Source of the DNA: Escherichia coli | GTDB lineage: Bacteria > Pseudomonadota > Gammaproteobacteria > Enterobacterales > Enterobacteriaceae | Strand: one strand, 5' to 3' | Assembly (NCBI RefSeq): GCF_003334785.1 | Contig: NZ_QOWV01000002.1 | Length of the DNA stretch: 64,000 nucleotides | In this document: in pieces, positions 12,640-24,663 of the stretch | Numbering within the stretch: the stretch's first letter is position 1 | How the letters are laid out: each line of letters opens with the position of its first letter | The notes under the pieces: generated by a model | Seen by the model: the letters and a program-made list of their open reading frames with translations, nothing else | Databases searched by the model: none | What the model was told of the DNA's origin: nothing | Made by a program: the position numbers and the translations under genes

Positions 12640-14619
12640 ATGAATCGTTTTATTATGGCCAACAGTCAGCAATGTCTGGGTTGTCATGCTTGTGAAATCG
12701 CCTGTGTCATGGCTCACAATGATGAGCAACATGTCCTGAGCCAACACCATTTTCATCCCCGAATTACGGTTATCAAACATCAACAGCAACGTAGTGCAGT
12801 GACCTGTCACCATTGTGAAGATGCGCCCTGCGCCCGTAGCTGCCCTAATGGCGCAATCAGCCACGTTGATGACAGCATTCAGGTCAATCAGCAAAAGTGT
12901 ATTGGCTGTAAATCCTGCGTGGTGGCCTGTCCTTTTGGTACGATGCAAATCGTCCTGACACCCGTCGCGGCAGGAAAAGTAAAAGCCACGGCGCATAAAT
13001 GCGACCTTTGTGCGGGGCGCGAAAACGGTCCTGCCTGTGTTGAGAATTGCCCGGCGGACGCGCTGCAACTGGTCACTGACGTCGCACTCTCCGGCATGGC
13101 GAAATCCCGCCGCTTGCGCACCGCGCGTCAGGAACATCAACCGTGGCATGCCAGTACCGCGGCGCAAGAAATGCCGGTAATGAGTAAAGTCGAACAAATG
13201 CAGGCAACGCCCGCGCGTGGCGAGCCGGATAAACTGGCGATTGAAGCGCGCAAAACCGGTTTTGATGAAATTTATCTGCCATTTCGCGCCGACCAGGCAC
13301 AACGGGAAGCCTCGCGCTGCCTTAAGTGCGGCGAGCACAGCGTTTGTGAATGGACCTGCCCGCTGCATAACCATATACCGCAGTGGATTGAACTGGTGAA
13401 AGCCGGAAACATCGACGCCGCCGTCGAGCTTTCTCACCAGACCAACACCCTGCCGGAAATTACCGGACGCGTTTGTCCGCAAGACCGTTTGTGTGAAGGT
13501 GCCTGTACTATTCGCGATGAGCACGGCGCGGTAACTATCGGCAACATTGAACGCTACATTTCAGATCAGGCGTTGGCGAAAGGTTGGCGTCCTGACTTAA
13601 GCCATGTCACCAAAGTGGACAAGCGGGTGGCGATTATCGGTGCAGGTCCGGCAGGGCTGGCCTGTGCGGATGTTCTGACCCGCAATGGCGTGGGGGTGAC
13701 GGTGTACGATCGCCATCCAGAAATCGGTGGCTTGCTCACTTTCGGCATTCCTTCTTTCAAACTGGATAAATCCCTGCTGGCACGCCGTCGGGAAATCTTC
13801 AGCGCGATGGGGATTCACTTCGAACTCAATTGTGAAGTGGGTAAAGATGTCTCTTTGGATTCGCTTTTGGAACAATACGACGCGGTCTTCGTTGGCGTAG
13901 GCACTTACCGTTCCATGAAAGCGGGTTTACCCAATGAAGATGCGCCGGGCGTTTATGACGCGCTGCCGTTCCTCATTGCCAACACTAAACAGGTGATGGG
14001 GCTCGAAGAGCTACCGGAAGAGCCGTTTATCAATACCGCCGGACTTAACGTCGTGGTACTGGGCGGCGGCGACACCGCGATGGACTGTGTGCGTACCGCA
14101 CTGCGCCACGGCGCGAGTAACGTCACCTGCGCTTATCGTCGTGATGAAGCTAACATGCCAGGCTCGAAGAAAGAAGTGAAGAACGCCCGCGAAGAGGGGG
14201 CCAACTTCGAATTTAACGTCCAGCCGGTGGCGCTTGAGCTGAATGAACAAGGTCACGTCTGCGGGATTCGTTTCCTGCGCACGCGTCTTGGAGAGCCGGA
14301 TGCCCAGGGGCGTCGGCGTCCAGTGCCGGTGGAAGGCAGTGAATTTGTCATGCCAGCCGACGCGGTGATTATGGCGTTTGGCTTCAATCCGCACGGGATG
14401 CCGTGGCTGGAGTCGCACGGTGTAACGGTAGACAAATGGGGCCGCATCATCGCGGATGTGGAAAGCCAGTACCGTTACCAGACCACCAATCCGAAAATCT
14501 TCGCTGGTGGTGACGCCGTGCGTGGTGCGGATCTGGTGGTTACCGCAATGGCAGAAGGACGTCATGCGGCACAGGGGATTATTGACTGGCTGGGGGTAAA
14601 ATCAGTCAAATCTCACTGA
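12640..14619 (+). CDS. aegA: putative Fe-S oxidoreductase AegA (ferredoxin-like N-domain + glutamate-synthase small-subunit-like domain)
   Basis: 659-aa ORF MNRFIMANSQQCLGCHACEIACVMAH; multiple CxxCxxCxxxCP motifs. Confidence 0.9.
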   Translation: MNRFIMANSQQCLGCHACEIACVMAHNDEQHVLSQHHFHPRITVIKHQQQRSAVTCHHCEDAPCARSCPNGAISHVDDSIQVNQQKCIGCKSCVVACPFGTMQIVLTPVAAGKVKATAHKCDLCAGRENGPACVENCPADALQLVTDVALSGMAKSRRLRTARQEHQPWHASTAAQEMPVMSKVEQMQATPARGEPDKLAIEARKTGFDEIYLPFRADQAQREASRCLKCGEHSVCEWTCPLHNHIPQWIELVKAGNIDAAVELSHQTNTLPEITGRVCPQDRLCEGACTIRDEHGAVTIGNIERYISDQALAKGWRPDLSHVTKVDKRVAIIGAGPAGLACADVLTRNGVGVTVYDRHPEIGGLLTFGIPSFKLDKSLLARRREIFSAMGIHFELNCEVGKDVSLDSLLEQYDAVFVGVGTYRSMKAGLPNEDAPGVYDALPFLIANTKQVMGLEELPEEPFINTAGLNVVVLGGGDTAMDCVRTALRHGASNVTCAYRRDEANMPGSKKEVKNAREEGANFEFNVQPVALELNEQGHVCGIRFLRTRLGEPDAQGRRRPVPVEGSEFVMPADAVIMAFGFNPHGMPWLESHGVTVDKWGRIIADVESQYRYQTTNPKIFAGGDAVRGADLVVTAMAEGRHAAQGIIDWLGVKSVKSH

Positions 14620-14686
14620 TAGCCTGCGCAGACAAACCCGACTTCACAGCGTAAGATAATTGTTCATTTCGCGCTGTGGAGTCGGT

Positions 14687-15262
14687 ATGACGCAACAAAT
14701 CACCCTCATTAAAGACAAAATTCTCTCCGATAACTATTTCACCCTGCACAACATTACTTACGATCTCACGCGCAAAGACGGCGAAGTTATCCGCCATAAA
14801 CGTGAAGTGTACGATCGCGGCAATGGTGCGACGATCCTCCTGTACAACACGAAGAAAAAGACCGTGGTTCTGATTCGTCAGTTCCGTGTCGCTACCTGGG
14901 TTAATGGCAATGAAAGCGGGCAGCTGATTGAAAGCTGCGCCGGGCTGCTGGATAACGACGAACCGGAAGTGTGTATTCGCAAAGAAGCGATTGAAGAGAC
15001 GGGCTATGAAGTGGGTGAAGTGCGCAAATTATTTGAACTGTATATGTCGCCAGGCGGTGTGACTGAGCTAATCCACTTTTTTATCGCCGAATACAGTGAC
15101 AATCAGCGCGCTAACGCCGGTGGCGGTGTCGAAGATGAAGATATTGAAGTGCTCGAGCTGCCGTTCAGCCAGGCGCTGGAGATGATCAAAACCGGCGAGA
15201 TACGTGACGGTAAGACGGTGTTATTGCTTAACTATTTGCAAACGTCACATTTAATGGACTGA
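14687..15262 (+). CDS. nudK: GDP-mannose pyrophosphatase NudK (Nudix hydrolase)
   Basis: ORF 14660..15262 trimmed to [18 protein letters not shown] (191 aa); Nudix box region [11 protein letters not shown]. Confidence 0.9.
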   Translation: MTQQITLIKDKILSDNYFTLHNITYDLTRKDGEVIRHKREVYDRGNGATILLYNTKKKTVVLIRQFRVATWVNGNESGQLIESCAGLLDNDEPEVCIRKEAIEETGYEVGEVRKLFELYMSPGGVTELIHFFIAEYSDNQRANAGGGVEDEDIEVLELPFSQALEMIKTGEIRDGKTVLLLNYLQTSHLMD

Positions 15263-15387
15263 AAAATAACAATAATATTTCGTTGTTTATTATTGGCTCA
15301 ATCCGACAAATCCGATTGAGCCGCGCTACCTGCGCAACGAAGATACGACTTGTGCTGTTTGTTTGAACTTCTGGGGTCGTACCGTCC

Positions 15388-16431
15388 ATGCGCTATCGCA
15401 TTTTCCTTCTCTTTTTTTTCGCTTTGTTGCCGACGTCTTTGGTGTGGGCGGCACCAGCGCAACGGGCGTTTTCCGACTGGCAGGTCACCTGTAATAACCA
15501 AAATTTCTGCGTGGCGCGTAATACGGGCGATCATAATGGACTGGTGATGACCCTGAGCCGCAGCGCCGGGGCGCATACCGATGCCGTTTTACGTATTGAG
15601 CGCGGCGGATTGAAGTCGCCGGAGGCGTCAGAAGGGGAGATAGCGCCACGGCTGCTGTTAGATGGCGAGCCGTTGGCGTTAAGTGGTGACAAGTGGCGGA
15701 TTTCACCATGGTTATTAGTAACCGATGATACGGCAACCATCACCGCGTTTTTGCAGATGATTCAGGAAGGGAAGGCAATCACCTTACGCGATGGCGATCA
15801 GACCATTTCTCTGAGTGGCTTAAAAGCAGCGTTGTTGTTTATTGATGCTCAGCAAAAGCGCGTTGGCAGTGAAACCGCGTGGATCAAGAAAGGGGACGAA
15901 CCGCCGCTCAGCGTACCGCCCGCGCCTGCGCTGAAAGAGGTCGCGGTGGTTAACCCAACGCCGACGCCACTCTCACTCGAAGAACGCAACGATTTGCTGG
16001 ATTATGGAAACTGGCGGATGAATGGTCTGCGCTGCTCGCTTGATCCATTGCGTCGTGAGGTGAATGTCACTGCGCTGACTGATGATAAAGCGCTGATGAT
16101 GATTAGCTGTGAGGCAGGGGCCTATAACACCATTGATTTGGCATGGATTGTGTCGCGTAAAAAGCCACTAGCTTCGCGCCCGGTTCGGTTGCGTTTGCCG
16201 TTCAACAACGGTCAGGAGACGAATGAACTGGAACTGATGAACGCAACATTTGATGAGAAATCGCGTGAACTGGTGACCTTAGCGAAAGGGCGCGGATTAA
16301 GCGATTGTGGCATTCAGGCGCGCTGGCGCTTTGACGGTCAGCGTTTTCGCCTGGTGCGTTACGCCGCAGAACCCACCTGCGATAACTGGCATGGGCCAGA
16401 CGCCTGGCCCACGTTGTGGATCACCCGTTAA
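15388..16431 (+). CDS. ypfG: DUF1176 periplasmic protein YpfG
   Basis: 347-aa ORF with signal peptide MRYRIFLLFFFALLPTSLVWA. Confidence 0.85.
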   Translation: MRYRIFLLFFFALLPTSLVWAAPAQRAFSDWQVTCNNQNFCVARNTGDHNGLVMTLSRSAGAHTDAVLRIERGGLKSPEASEGEIAPRLLLDGEPLALSGDKWRISPWLLVTDDTATITAFLQMIQEGKAITLRDGDQTISLSGLKAALLFIDAQQKRVGSETAWIKKGDEPPLSVPPAPALKEVAVVNPTPTPLSLEERNDLLDYGNWRMNGLRCSLDPLRREVNVTALTDDKALMMISCEAGAYNTIDLAWIVSRKKPLASRPVRLRLPFNNGQETNELELMNATFDEKSRELVTLAKGRGLSDCGIQARWRFDGQRFRLVRYAAEPTCDNWHGPDAWPTLWITR

Positions 16432-16448
16432 ACAAAATGGCGGGACAT

Positions 16449-16520
16449 GTAGGCCGGATAAGACGCTGTAGGCCGGATAAGACGCGTCAGCGTCGCATCC
16501 GGCAATCAGCATCCGGCAAT
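16449..16520. repeat. REP cluster between convergent ypfG and tktB
   Basis: taggccggataagacgc repeated twice, then cgtcgcatccggca. Confidence 0.8.
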
Positions 16521-16525
16521 CACCA

Positions 16526-18529
16526 TCAGGCACCTTTCACTCCCAGCACCTTATGCGCTTTTGCCACAATATTCTCGGCGGTAAAGCCAAAGAACGGGAA
16601 CAGCTTATCCGCCGGAGCAGATTCCCCGTAACCCGTCATCCCGACAATTGCCCCTTTCAGACCAACATACTTGTACCAGTAATCGGCAATACCTGCTTCC
16701 ACCGCCACGCGAGCCGCAACGTTAGAAGGCAACACCGACTCCCGATATTCCTCATCCTGGGCGTCGAAAATATCGGTCGAGGGCAGGGAAACTACGCGTA
16801 CATTGCGACCTTCTCCTGCTAATTTCTCTGCCGCTTGCAGGGTAATTTCCATCTCTGAACCGGTGGCAATCAGAATAATATCTGGCTTACCGCCGCTGTC
16901 TTTCAGCACATAACCGCCACGAGCAATCTCTTTAACCTGATCCGGCGTACGTTCCACCTGGGCCAGATTCTGCCTTGAGAGGATCAGTGCCGTCGGTCCG
17001 TTGTGGCGCTCAACCGCCAGCTTCCAGCCCACCGCCGCTTCCACCTGATCGCACGGTCGCCAGGTGCTGAAATTTGGCGTTAAGCGCAGGCTGGCCAGTT
17101 GCTCAACAGCCTGGTGCGTCGGACCATCTTCGCCCAGGCCAATTGAGTCGTGGGTATAAACCATAATCTGCCGCGCTTTCATCAGTGCCGCCATCCGCGC
17201 GGCGTTACGGGCGTATTCAACAAACATCAGGAACGTCGCGGTATACGGCACAAAGCCGCCGTGGTGCGCGATGCCGTTGGCGATAGCGGTCATGCCAAAT
17301 TCACGCACCCCGTAGTGAATGTAGTTGCCCGCTGGATCTTCCTTCAGCGAAACAGAACCTTTCCAGATGGTCAGGTTGCTGGGAGCCAGATCCGCCGAAC
17401 CGCCGAGCAACTCAGGCAGCATCGGCCCGTAAGCGTTAAGCGTATTTTGCGAAGCCTTACGGGTAGCGATTTTCGCCGGATTTGCCTGTAACTCATTGAT
17501 ATATTTCTGAGTCGTTTTCTCCCAGTCCTTCGGTAAACCACCGCTCATCCGTCGGGTAAACTCTTCTGCCAGTTGCGGATGAGCCTTTTTATAGGCGGCA
17601 AACTTCTCATTCCAGCTCTGCTGCGCTTTTTCGCCTTTTTCACGGGCATCCCAGGCGTGATAAATCTCTTTAGGGATCTCAAATGGCGGATGGTGCCAGC
17701 CCAGTTTTTGCCGTGCCAGCGCCACTTCTTCTTCCCCCAGTGGTGCGCCGTGCGCCTCTTCCTTACCTGCTTTATTCGGCGAACCAAAGCCAATCACCGT
17801 ACGGCAGATAATCAGCGACGGCTTATCTTTCACGCTTTGCGCTTCAAGGATCGCTTCCTTCACCGCCTGCGGATCGTGACCGTCGATTTCATGGATCACA
17901 TGCCAGTGATAGGCTTCAAAACGTTTTGCCGTATCGTCGGTAAACCAGCCTTCTGTTTCACCGTCGATGGAAATACCGTTGTGATCGTAAAAACCAATCA
18001 GCTTGCCCAGTCCCAGCGTGCCTGCCAGCGAACAGACTTCGTGGGAAATACCTTCCATCAGGCAGCCGTCGCCCATAAACACATAGGTGAAGTGATCGAC
18101 GATCTCATGGTCTGGCTGGTTAAACTGCGCCGCCAGTGTACGCTCTGCTATCGCCAGCCCGACGGCGTTCGCCAAACCTTGTCCAAGCGGGCCGGTGGTG
18201 GTTTCAACGCCTGGCGTATAGCCAATCTCCGGGTGGCCTGGGGTTTTCGAATGCAACTGACGGAAGTTCTTCAGTTCTTCCAGCGGCAGGTCGTAACCGG
18301 TCAGATGTAGCAAACTGTAGAGCAGCATCGACGCGTGACCGTTGGAAAGAATAAAGCGGTCGCGATCATACCAGGTTGGGTCGGTAGGGTTATGTTTAAG
18401 AAAATCGTTCCACAGCACTTCGGCAATATCAGCCATGCCCATCGGCGCGCCGGGATGACCAGAGTTGGCTTTTTGTACCGCATCCATACTGAGTGCGCGA
18501 ATCGCATTGGCAAGGTCTTTTCGGGACAT
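16526..18529 (-). CDS. tktB: transketolase 2
   Basis: ORF 16526..18592 trimmed to [31 protein letters not shown] (667 aa); TPP-binding motifs. Confidence 0.95.
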   Translation of the reverse strand: MSRKDLANAIRALSMDAVQKANSGHPGAPMGMADIAEVLWNDFLKHNPTDPTWYDRDRFILSNGHASMLLYSLLHLTGYDLPLEELKNFRQLHSKTPGHPEIGYTPGVETTTGPLGQGLANAVGLAIAERTLAAQFNQPDHEIVDHFTYVFMGDGCLMEGISHEVCSLAGTLGLGKLIGFYDHNGISIDGETEGWFTDDTAKRFEAYHWHVIHEIDGHDPQAVKEAILEAQSVKDKPSLIICRTVIGFGSPNKAGKEEAHGAPLGEEEVALARQKLGWHHPPFEIPKEIYHAWDAREKGEKAQQSWNEKFAAYKKAHPQLAEEFTRRMSGGLPKDWEKTTQKYINELQANPAKIATRKASQNTLNAYGPMLPELLGGSADLAPSNLTIWKGSVSLKEDPAGNYIHYGVREFGMTAIANGIAHHGGFVPYTATFLMFVEYARNAARMAALMKARQIMVYTHDSIGLGEDGPTHQAVEQLASLRLTPNFSTWRPCDQVEAAVGWKLAVERHNGPTALILSRQNLAQVERTPDQVKEIARGGYVLKDSGGKPDIILIATGSEMEITLQAAEKLAGEGRNVRVVSLPSTDIFDAQDEEYRESVLPSNVAARVAVEAGIADYWYKYVGLKGAIVGMTGYGESAPADKLFPFFGFTAENIVAKAHKVLGVKGA

Positions 18530-18548
18530 ATAACACTCCGTGGCTGGT

Positions 18549-19499
18549 TTATAGTTTGGCGGCAAGAAGATCTTCCAGTTTGCGTTGATCAACGGCGAAC
18601 AGACGAATGCCTTCAGACAGTTTTTCTACCGCCATCGCATCCTGATTGTGCTCCCAACGGAACTCCGCTTCGCTCATGGGAGCTGGGCGTGGGAACGTCT
18701 GAGAAGGTGGGATTAATTTACGTACCACTGGCGAAACTTTTTCCTGCAGCTCCTTCAGTAAATTCGGTGCGATAGTCAGTCGATCGCAGCCGGTTAAGGC
18801 GAGGATTTGTTCGGTGCGACGGAAGCTCGCGCCCATCACAATGGTTTCATAGTGGTGTTGCTTATAGTAGTCGTAGATATTGCGCACCGATTTAACGCCC
18901 GGATCTTCTTCCACCACATACGGGTCCATCGGCTTGCGTGCCTGATACCAGTCATAAATACGCCCGACAAACGGCGAAATCAGAAAAACGCCTGCTTCCG
19001 CACAGGCCCGTGCCTGTGCAAAAGAAAACAGCAGCGTCAGGTTGCAGTTAATACCTTCTTTTTCCAGCTCTTCTGCCGCGCGAATTCCTTCCCAGGTCGA
19101 AGCCAGCTTGATCAGAATGCGTGATTTCTCAACGCCTTGTTGCTGATACAAGTCCACCAGATGGCGCGCCTTCTCAATACTCTTTTCTTTATCAAAAGAG
19201 AGGCGTGCATCAACTTCTGTTGACACGCGACCGGGTACGATTTTGAGGATTTCAGCACCGAAATTGACCGCCAGTTTGTCACACGCTGCGACCACCTGTT
19301 GTTCCTGGGTCTTGCCATTTTTTTTACCCCAGGCGATAGCATCGTCTATTAAATGCTCATATTGTGATAATCCGGCAGCTTTGAGTAACAGCGAAGGATT
19401 GGTGGTGGCATCCTGGGGATGATAATGGCGAATGGACTCAATATCGCCGCTGTCTGCCACGACAGTGGTGAACTGTTTGATGCCGTCTAACTCGTTCAT
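18549..19499 (-). CDS. talA: transaldolase A
   Basis: 316-aa [26 protein letters not shown]; immediately upstream of tktB (talA-tktB operon). Confidence 0.95.
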   Translation of the reverse strand: MNELDGIKQFTTVVADSGDIESIRHYHPQDATTNPSLLLKAAGLSQYEHLIDDAIAWGKKNGKTQEQQVVAACDKLAVNFGAEILKIVPGRVSTEVDARLSFDKEKSIEKARHLVDLYQQQGVEKSRILIKLASTWEGIRAAEELEKEGINCNLTLLFSFAQARACAEAGVFLISPFVGRIYDWYQARKPMDPYVVEEDPGVKSVRNIYDYYKQHHYETIVMGASFRRTEQILALTGCDRLTIAPNLLKELQEKVSPVVRKLIPPSQTFPRPAPMSEAEFRWEHNQDAMAVEKLSEGIRLFAVDQRKLEDLLAAKL

Positions 19500-19787
19500 A
19501 GGAAATACTCCTTGAAAAGTAAAGTGTTAGATGAGTGCGTTAATTCACACTTCTGAGAAATTTCGCTAAACGCATCAAAAAAGCATAGCAGACAGGCATG
19601 GTATTGCTGGATTAAGCAGGTAACATCAGTGTTATAGGATTATTACCAAAACATTATATTAATGGTGAGAGTTTGGACTTGCTCAAAGTCTGTAGACTCC
19701 GGCAGGGTAATAATGTGCGCCACGTTGTGGGCAGGGGCTGTTGCCCACACACTTTATTTGTGAACGTTACGTGAAAGGAACAACCAA
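19500..19787. promoter_or_regulatory. divergent talA-tktB / maeB promoter region
   Basis: 288-bp gap between divergent genes. Confidence 0.4.
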
Positions 19788-22067
19788 ATGGATGACCAGT
19801 TAAAACAAAGTGCACTTGATTTCCATGAATTTCCAGTTCCAGGGAAAATCCAGGTTTCTCCAACCAAGCCTCTGGCAACACAGCGCGATCTGGCGCTGGC
19901 CTACTCACCAGGCGTTGCCGCACCTTGTCTTGAAATCGAAAAAGACCCGTTAAAAGCCTACAAATATACCGCCCGCGGTAACCTGGTGGCGGTGATCTCT
20001 AACGGTACGGCGGTGCTGGGGTTAGGCAACATTGGCGCGCTGGCAGGCAAACCGGTGATGGAAGGCAAGGGCGTTCTGTTTAAGAAATTCGCCGGGATTG
20101 ATGTATTTGACATTGAAGTTGACGAACTCGACCCGGACAAATTTATTGAAGTTGTCGCCGCGCTCGAACCAACCTTCGGCGGCATCAACCTCGAAGACAT
20201 TAAAGCGCCAGAATGTTTCTATATTGAACAGAAACTGCGCGAGCGGATGAATATTCCGGTATTCCACGACGATCAGCACGGCACGGCAATTATCAGCACT
20301 GCCGCCATCCTCAACGGCTTGCGCGTGGTGGAGAAAAACATCTCCGACGTGCGGATGGTGGTTTCCGGCGCGGGTGCCGCAGCAATCGCCTGTATGAACC
20401 TGCTGGTAGCGCTGGGTCTGCAAAAACATAACATCGTGGTTTGCGATTCAAAAGGCGTTATCTATCAGGGCCGTGAGCCAAACATGGCGGAAACCAAAGC
20501 CGCATATGCGGTGGTGGATGACGGCAAACGTACCCTCGATGATGTGATTGAAGGCGCGGATATTTTCCTGGGCTGTTCCGGCCCGAAAGTGCTGACCCAG
20601 GAAATGGTGAAGAAAATGGCTCGTGCGCCAATGATCCTGGCGCTGGCGAACCCGGAACCGGAAATTCTGCCGCCGCTGGCGAAAGAAGTGCGTCCGGATG
20701 CCATCATTTGCACCGGTCGTTCTGACTATCCGAACCAGGTGAACAACGTCCTGTGCTTCCCGTTCATCTTCCGTGGCGCGCTGGACGTTGGCGCAACCGC
20801 CATCAACGAAGAGATGAAACTGGCGGCGGTACGTGCGATTGCAGAACTCGCCCATGCGGAACAGAGCGAAGTGGTGGCTTCAGCGTATGGCGATCAGGAT
20901 CTGAGCTTTGGTCCGGAATACATCATTCCAAAACCGTTTGATCCGCGCTTGATCGTTAAGATCGCTCCTGCGGTCGCTAAAGCCGCGATGGAGTCGGGCG
21001 TGGCGACTCGTCCGATTGCTGATTTCGACGTCTACATCGACAAGCTGACTGAGTTCGTTTACAAAACCAACCTGTTTATGAAGCCGATTTTCTCCCAGGC
21101 TCGCAAAGCGCCGAAGCGCGTTGTTCTGCCGGAAGGGGAAGAGGCGCGCGTTCTGCATGCCACTCAGGAACTGGTAACGCTGGGACTGGCGAAACCGATC
21201 CTTATCGGTCGTCCGAACGTGATCGAAATGCGCATTCAGAAACTGGGCTTGCAGATCAAAGCGGGCGTTGATTTTGAGATCGTCAATAACGAATCCGATC
21301 CGCGCTTTAAAGAGTACTGGACCGAATACTTCCAGATCATGAAGCGTCGCGGCGTCACTCAGGAACAGGCGCAGCGGGCGCTGATCAGTAACCCGACAGT
21401 GATCGGCGCGATCATGGTTCAGCGTGGGGAAGCCGATGCAATGATTTGCGGTACGGTGGGTGATTATCATGAACATTTTAGCGTGGTGAAAAATGTCTTT
21501 GGTTATCGCGATGGCGTTCACACCGCAGGTGCCATGAACGCGCTGCTGCTGCCGAGTGGTAACACCTTTATTGCCGATACATATGTTAATGATGAACCGG
21601 ATGCAGAAGAGCTGGCGGAGATCACCTTGATGGCGGCAGAAACTGTCCGTCGTTTTGGTATTGAGCCGCGCGTTGCTTTGTTGTCGCACTCCAACTTTGG
21701 TTCTTCTGACTGCCCGTCGTCGAGCAAAATGCGTCAGGCGCTGGAACTGGTCAGGGAACGTGCACCAGAACTGATGATTGATGGTGAAATGCACGGCGAT
21801 GCAGCGCTGGTGGAAGCGATTCGCAACGACCGTATGCCGGACAGCTCTTTGAAAGGTTCCGCCAATATTCTGGTGATGCCGAACATGGAAGCTGCCCGCA
21901 TTAGTTACAACTTACTGCGTGTTTCCAGCTCGGAAGGTGTGACTGTCGGCCCGGTGCTGATGGGTGTGGCGAAACCGGTTCACGTGTTAACGCCGATCGC
22001 ATCGGTGCGTCGTATCGTCAACATGGTGGCGCTGGCCGTGGTAGAAGCGCAAACCCAACCGCTGTAA
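19788..22067 (+). CDS. maeB: NADP-dependent malic enzyme (malic enzyme domain fused to PTA-like domain)
   Basis: 759-aa [26 protein letters not shown]. Confidence 0.95.
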
Positions 22068-22110
22068 TTTTTTTTAACTCTCACGCTTACCCTGAATATT
22101 CAGGGTAAGC

Positions 22111-22359
22111 AGTTTAGCTGCAATATATTAGTAAAGCTTATTACTGAGTTTGCGAATAATAAAAAAAAGCAGTCTATATAATATCTCGATATTATTTTAT
22201 TTATATTCATGCGTTGCATATGAAAGTTTATGCACCACAGCGAATATCTCTCCATTCTTAGTGATCTACCTCACCTTTTAAACGCGCTTGCCGAATTTTG
22301 TTATTTACTCTGACGAAAAATTGTCACGATACACGAAAGTTTTTCACAGGCGGCGACTC
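22111..22359 (+). promoter_or_regulatory. AT-rich region upstream of eutS; probable main promoter/EutR-responsive control region of the eut operon
   Basis: about 250 bp of AT-rich non-coding DNA immediately 5' of the first eut gene; no specific site resolved. Confidence 0.45.
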
Positions 22360-22695
22360 ATGGATAAAGAACGCATCATTCAGGAATTTGTGCCCGGCAA
22401 ACAGGTCACACTGGCGCATCTCATCGCGCATCCCGGTGAGGAACTGGCGAAGAAAATCGGCGTTCCGGATGCGGGCGCAATTGGCATTATGACGCTAACT
22501 CCCGGCGAAACGGCGATGATCGCCGGTGATTTAGCGCTGAAAGCCGCTGATGTGCATATCGGTTTTCTCGACCGATTCAGCGGTGCATTGGTGATTTATG
22601 GCTCGGTGGGCGCAGTAGAAGAAGCGTTATCACAAACCGTCAGCGGTTTAGGTCGCTTATTAAATTATACGCTTTGTGAAATGACCAAAAGTTAA
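22360..22695 (+). CDS. eutS: ethanolamine utilisation microcompartment shell protein EutS
   Basis: ORF 22288..22695 trimmed to [25 protein letters not shown] (111 aa). Confidence 0.9.
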
Positions 22696-22707
22696 TACGA
22701 GGCATTC

Positions 22708-23187
22708 ATGAAACGAATTGCGTTTGTGGGTAGCGTCGGGGCAGGAAAAACAACGTTATTTAATGCGTTGCAGGGGAATTATACCCTCGCCAGAAAAACA
22801 CAGGCCGTGGAATTTAATGATAAGGGCGATATTGATACGCCGGGTGAATATTTTAACCATCCCCGCTGGTATCACGCCTTAATTACCACGCTACAGGATG
22901 TAGACATGCTGATCTATGTCCATGGCGCAAATGACCCGGAAAGTCGGTTGCCTGCCGGGTTGCTGGATATTGGCGTCAGCAAACGGCAAATCGCCGTCAT
23001 CAGTAAAACGGACATGCCAGATGCTGACGTCGCCGCAACGCGAAAGTTATTGCTTGAGACGGGCTTCGAAGAGCCGATTTTCGAGCTAAACAGCCACGAC
23101 CCGCAAAGCGTGCAGCAACTGGTGGATTATCTGGCATCTCTCACCAAACAGGAGGAAGCAGGTGAAAAAACTCATCACAGCGAATGA
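22708..23187 (+). CDS. eutP: ethanolamine utilisation protein EutP (GTPase/acetate kinase-like)
   Basis: 159-aa ORF with P-loop GSVGAGKTT. Confidence 0.9.
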   Translation: MKRIAFVGSVGAGKTTLFNALQGNYTLARKTQAVEFNDKGDIDTPGEYFNHPRWYHALITTLQDVDMLIYVHGANDPESRLPAGLLDIGVSKRQIAVISKTDMPDADVAATRKLLLETGFEEPIFELNSHDPQSVQQLVDYLASLTKQEEAGEKTHHSE

Positions 23188-23863
23188 TATTCGTGAAGTA
23201 CACGCGCGCGGCGAACAGGCAATGTCCGTGGTTCTGCGCGCCAGCATTATTACCCCGGAAGCCCGTGAAGTGGCGGATCTACTGGGTTTTACCATCACCG
23301 AATGTGATGAATCGATCCCGGTAACGGCGTCCGTGCCCGCCAGCGTGCCAGCCGACAAAACCGAAAGCCAGCGCATCCGCGAAACCATCATTGCCCAGCT
23401 GCCGGAAGGCCAGTTTACCGAAAGCCTGGTCGCACAGCTGATGGAAAAAGTGATGAAGGAAAAACAGTCGCTGGAGCAGGGCGCAATGCAGCCGAGCTTC
23501 AAATCGGTGACCGGCAAAGGCGGCATCAAAGTGATTGATGGCAGTAGCGTCAAGTTTGGTCGTTTCGACGGCGCAGAGCCGCATTGCGTGGGCTTGACTG
23601 ATCTTGTGACCGGAGACGACGGCAGCAGCATGGCCGCCGGTTTTATGCAGTGGGAGAACGCATTCTTCCCGTGGACCCTGAACTACGACGAAATCGACAT
23701 GGTGCTGGAAGGGGAGCTGCATGTTCGCCACGAAGGCCAAACCATGATCGCCAAAGCAGGCGACGTGATGTTTATCCCGAAAGGCTCCAGCATCGAATTT
23801 GGTACGACATCCAGCGTGAAATTCCTGTATGTCGCCTGGCCGGCTAACTGGCAATCCCTATGA
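23162..23863 (+). CDS. eutQ: ethanolamine utilisation protein EutQ (cupin; acetate kinase activity)
   Basis: 233-aa ORF MKKLITANDIREVHARGEQAM; overlaps eutP 3' end by 26 nt. Confidence 0.9.
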   Translation: MKKLITANDIREVHARGEQAMSVVLRASIITPEAREVADLLGFTITECDESIPVTASVPASVPADKTESQRIRETIIAQLPEGQFTESLVAQLMEKVMKEKQSLEQGAMQPSFKSVTGKGGIKVIDGSSVKFGRFDGAEPHCVGLTDLVTGDDGSSMAAGFMQWENAFFPWTLNYDEIDMVLEGELHVRHEGQTMIAKAGDVMFIPKGSSIEFGTTSSVKFLYVAWPANWQSL

Positions 23864-24663
23864 AAGATTTCATCACCGAAGCATGGCTAAGAGCGAACCA
23901 TACGCTCAGCGAAGGCGCAGAGATCCATCTCCCTGCGGACAGTCGCCTGACGCCCTCTGCCCGGGAGTTGCTGGAAAGCCGCCATCTGCGCATCAAGTTT
24001 ATTGACGAGCAGGGCCGCCTGTTTGTTGACGATGAACAGCAGCAGCCGCAGCCCGTTCATGGGCTGACCAGTAGCGATGAACATCCGCAGGCGTGCTGCG
24101 AACTGTGTCGCCAGCCGGTGGCAAAAAAGCCGGATACGCTGACTCACCTGTCGGCGGAAAAAATGGTCGCCAAAAGCGATCCGCGTCTGGGTTTTCGCGC
24201 GGTTCTCGACAGCACCATTGCGCTGGCAGTGTGGCTGCAAATTGAACTGGCGGAACCGTGGCAGCCGTGGCTGGCGGATATCCGTTCGCGTCTTGGCAAC
24301 ATTATGCGCGCCGATGCGCTGGGGGAACCGCTGGGCTGCCAGGCGATTGTCGGGCTTTCTGACGAAGATCTGCATCGGCTTTCTCATCAGCCGCTGCGCT
24401 ATCTCGACCACGATCATCTGGTGCCGGAAGCCAGCCACGGGCGCGATGCTGCGTTGCTCAATCTGCTACGCACCAAAGTGCGGGAAACCGAAACCGTAGC
24501 GGCGCAGGTCTTTATCACCCGCAGCTTTGAAGTATTACGCCCGGACATTTTGCAGGCGCTGAACCGCCTTTCGAGCACGGTCTACGTGATGATGATCCTG
24601 AGCGTAACGAAGCAGCCGCTAACGGTGAAGCAGATCCAACAACGACTGGGGGAAACGCAATGA
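23860..24663 (+). CDS. eutT: cob(I)alamin adenosyltransferase EutT
   Basis: 267-aa [23 protein letters not shown]; start overlaps eutQ stop (ATGA). Confidence 0.9.

Noticed and set aside
12616-13524. 302-aa ORF on the minus strand inside aegA
   Set aside because: Antisense to a well-supported Fe-S oxidoreductase gene; no independent start/RBS context.
17573-18310. 245-aa ORF on the plus strand inside tktB
   Set aside because: Antisense shadow of transketolase.
18530-18592. N-terminal extension of tktB in the ORF track (688 aa)
   Set aside because: The extension would overlap the talA stop; conserved transketolase N-terminus is [13 protein letters not shown].
20880-21794. 304-aa ORF on the minus strand inside maeB
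   Set aside because: Antisense shadow of maeB.
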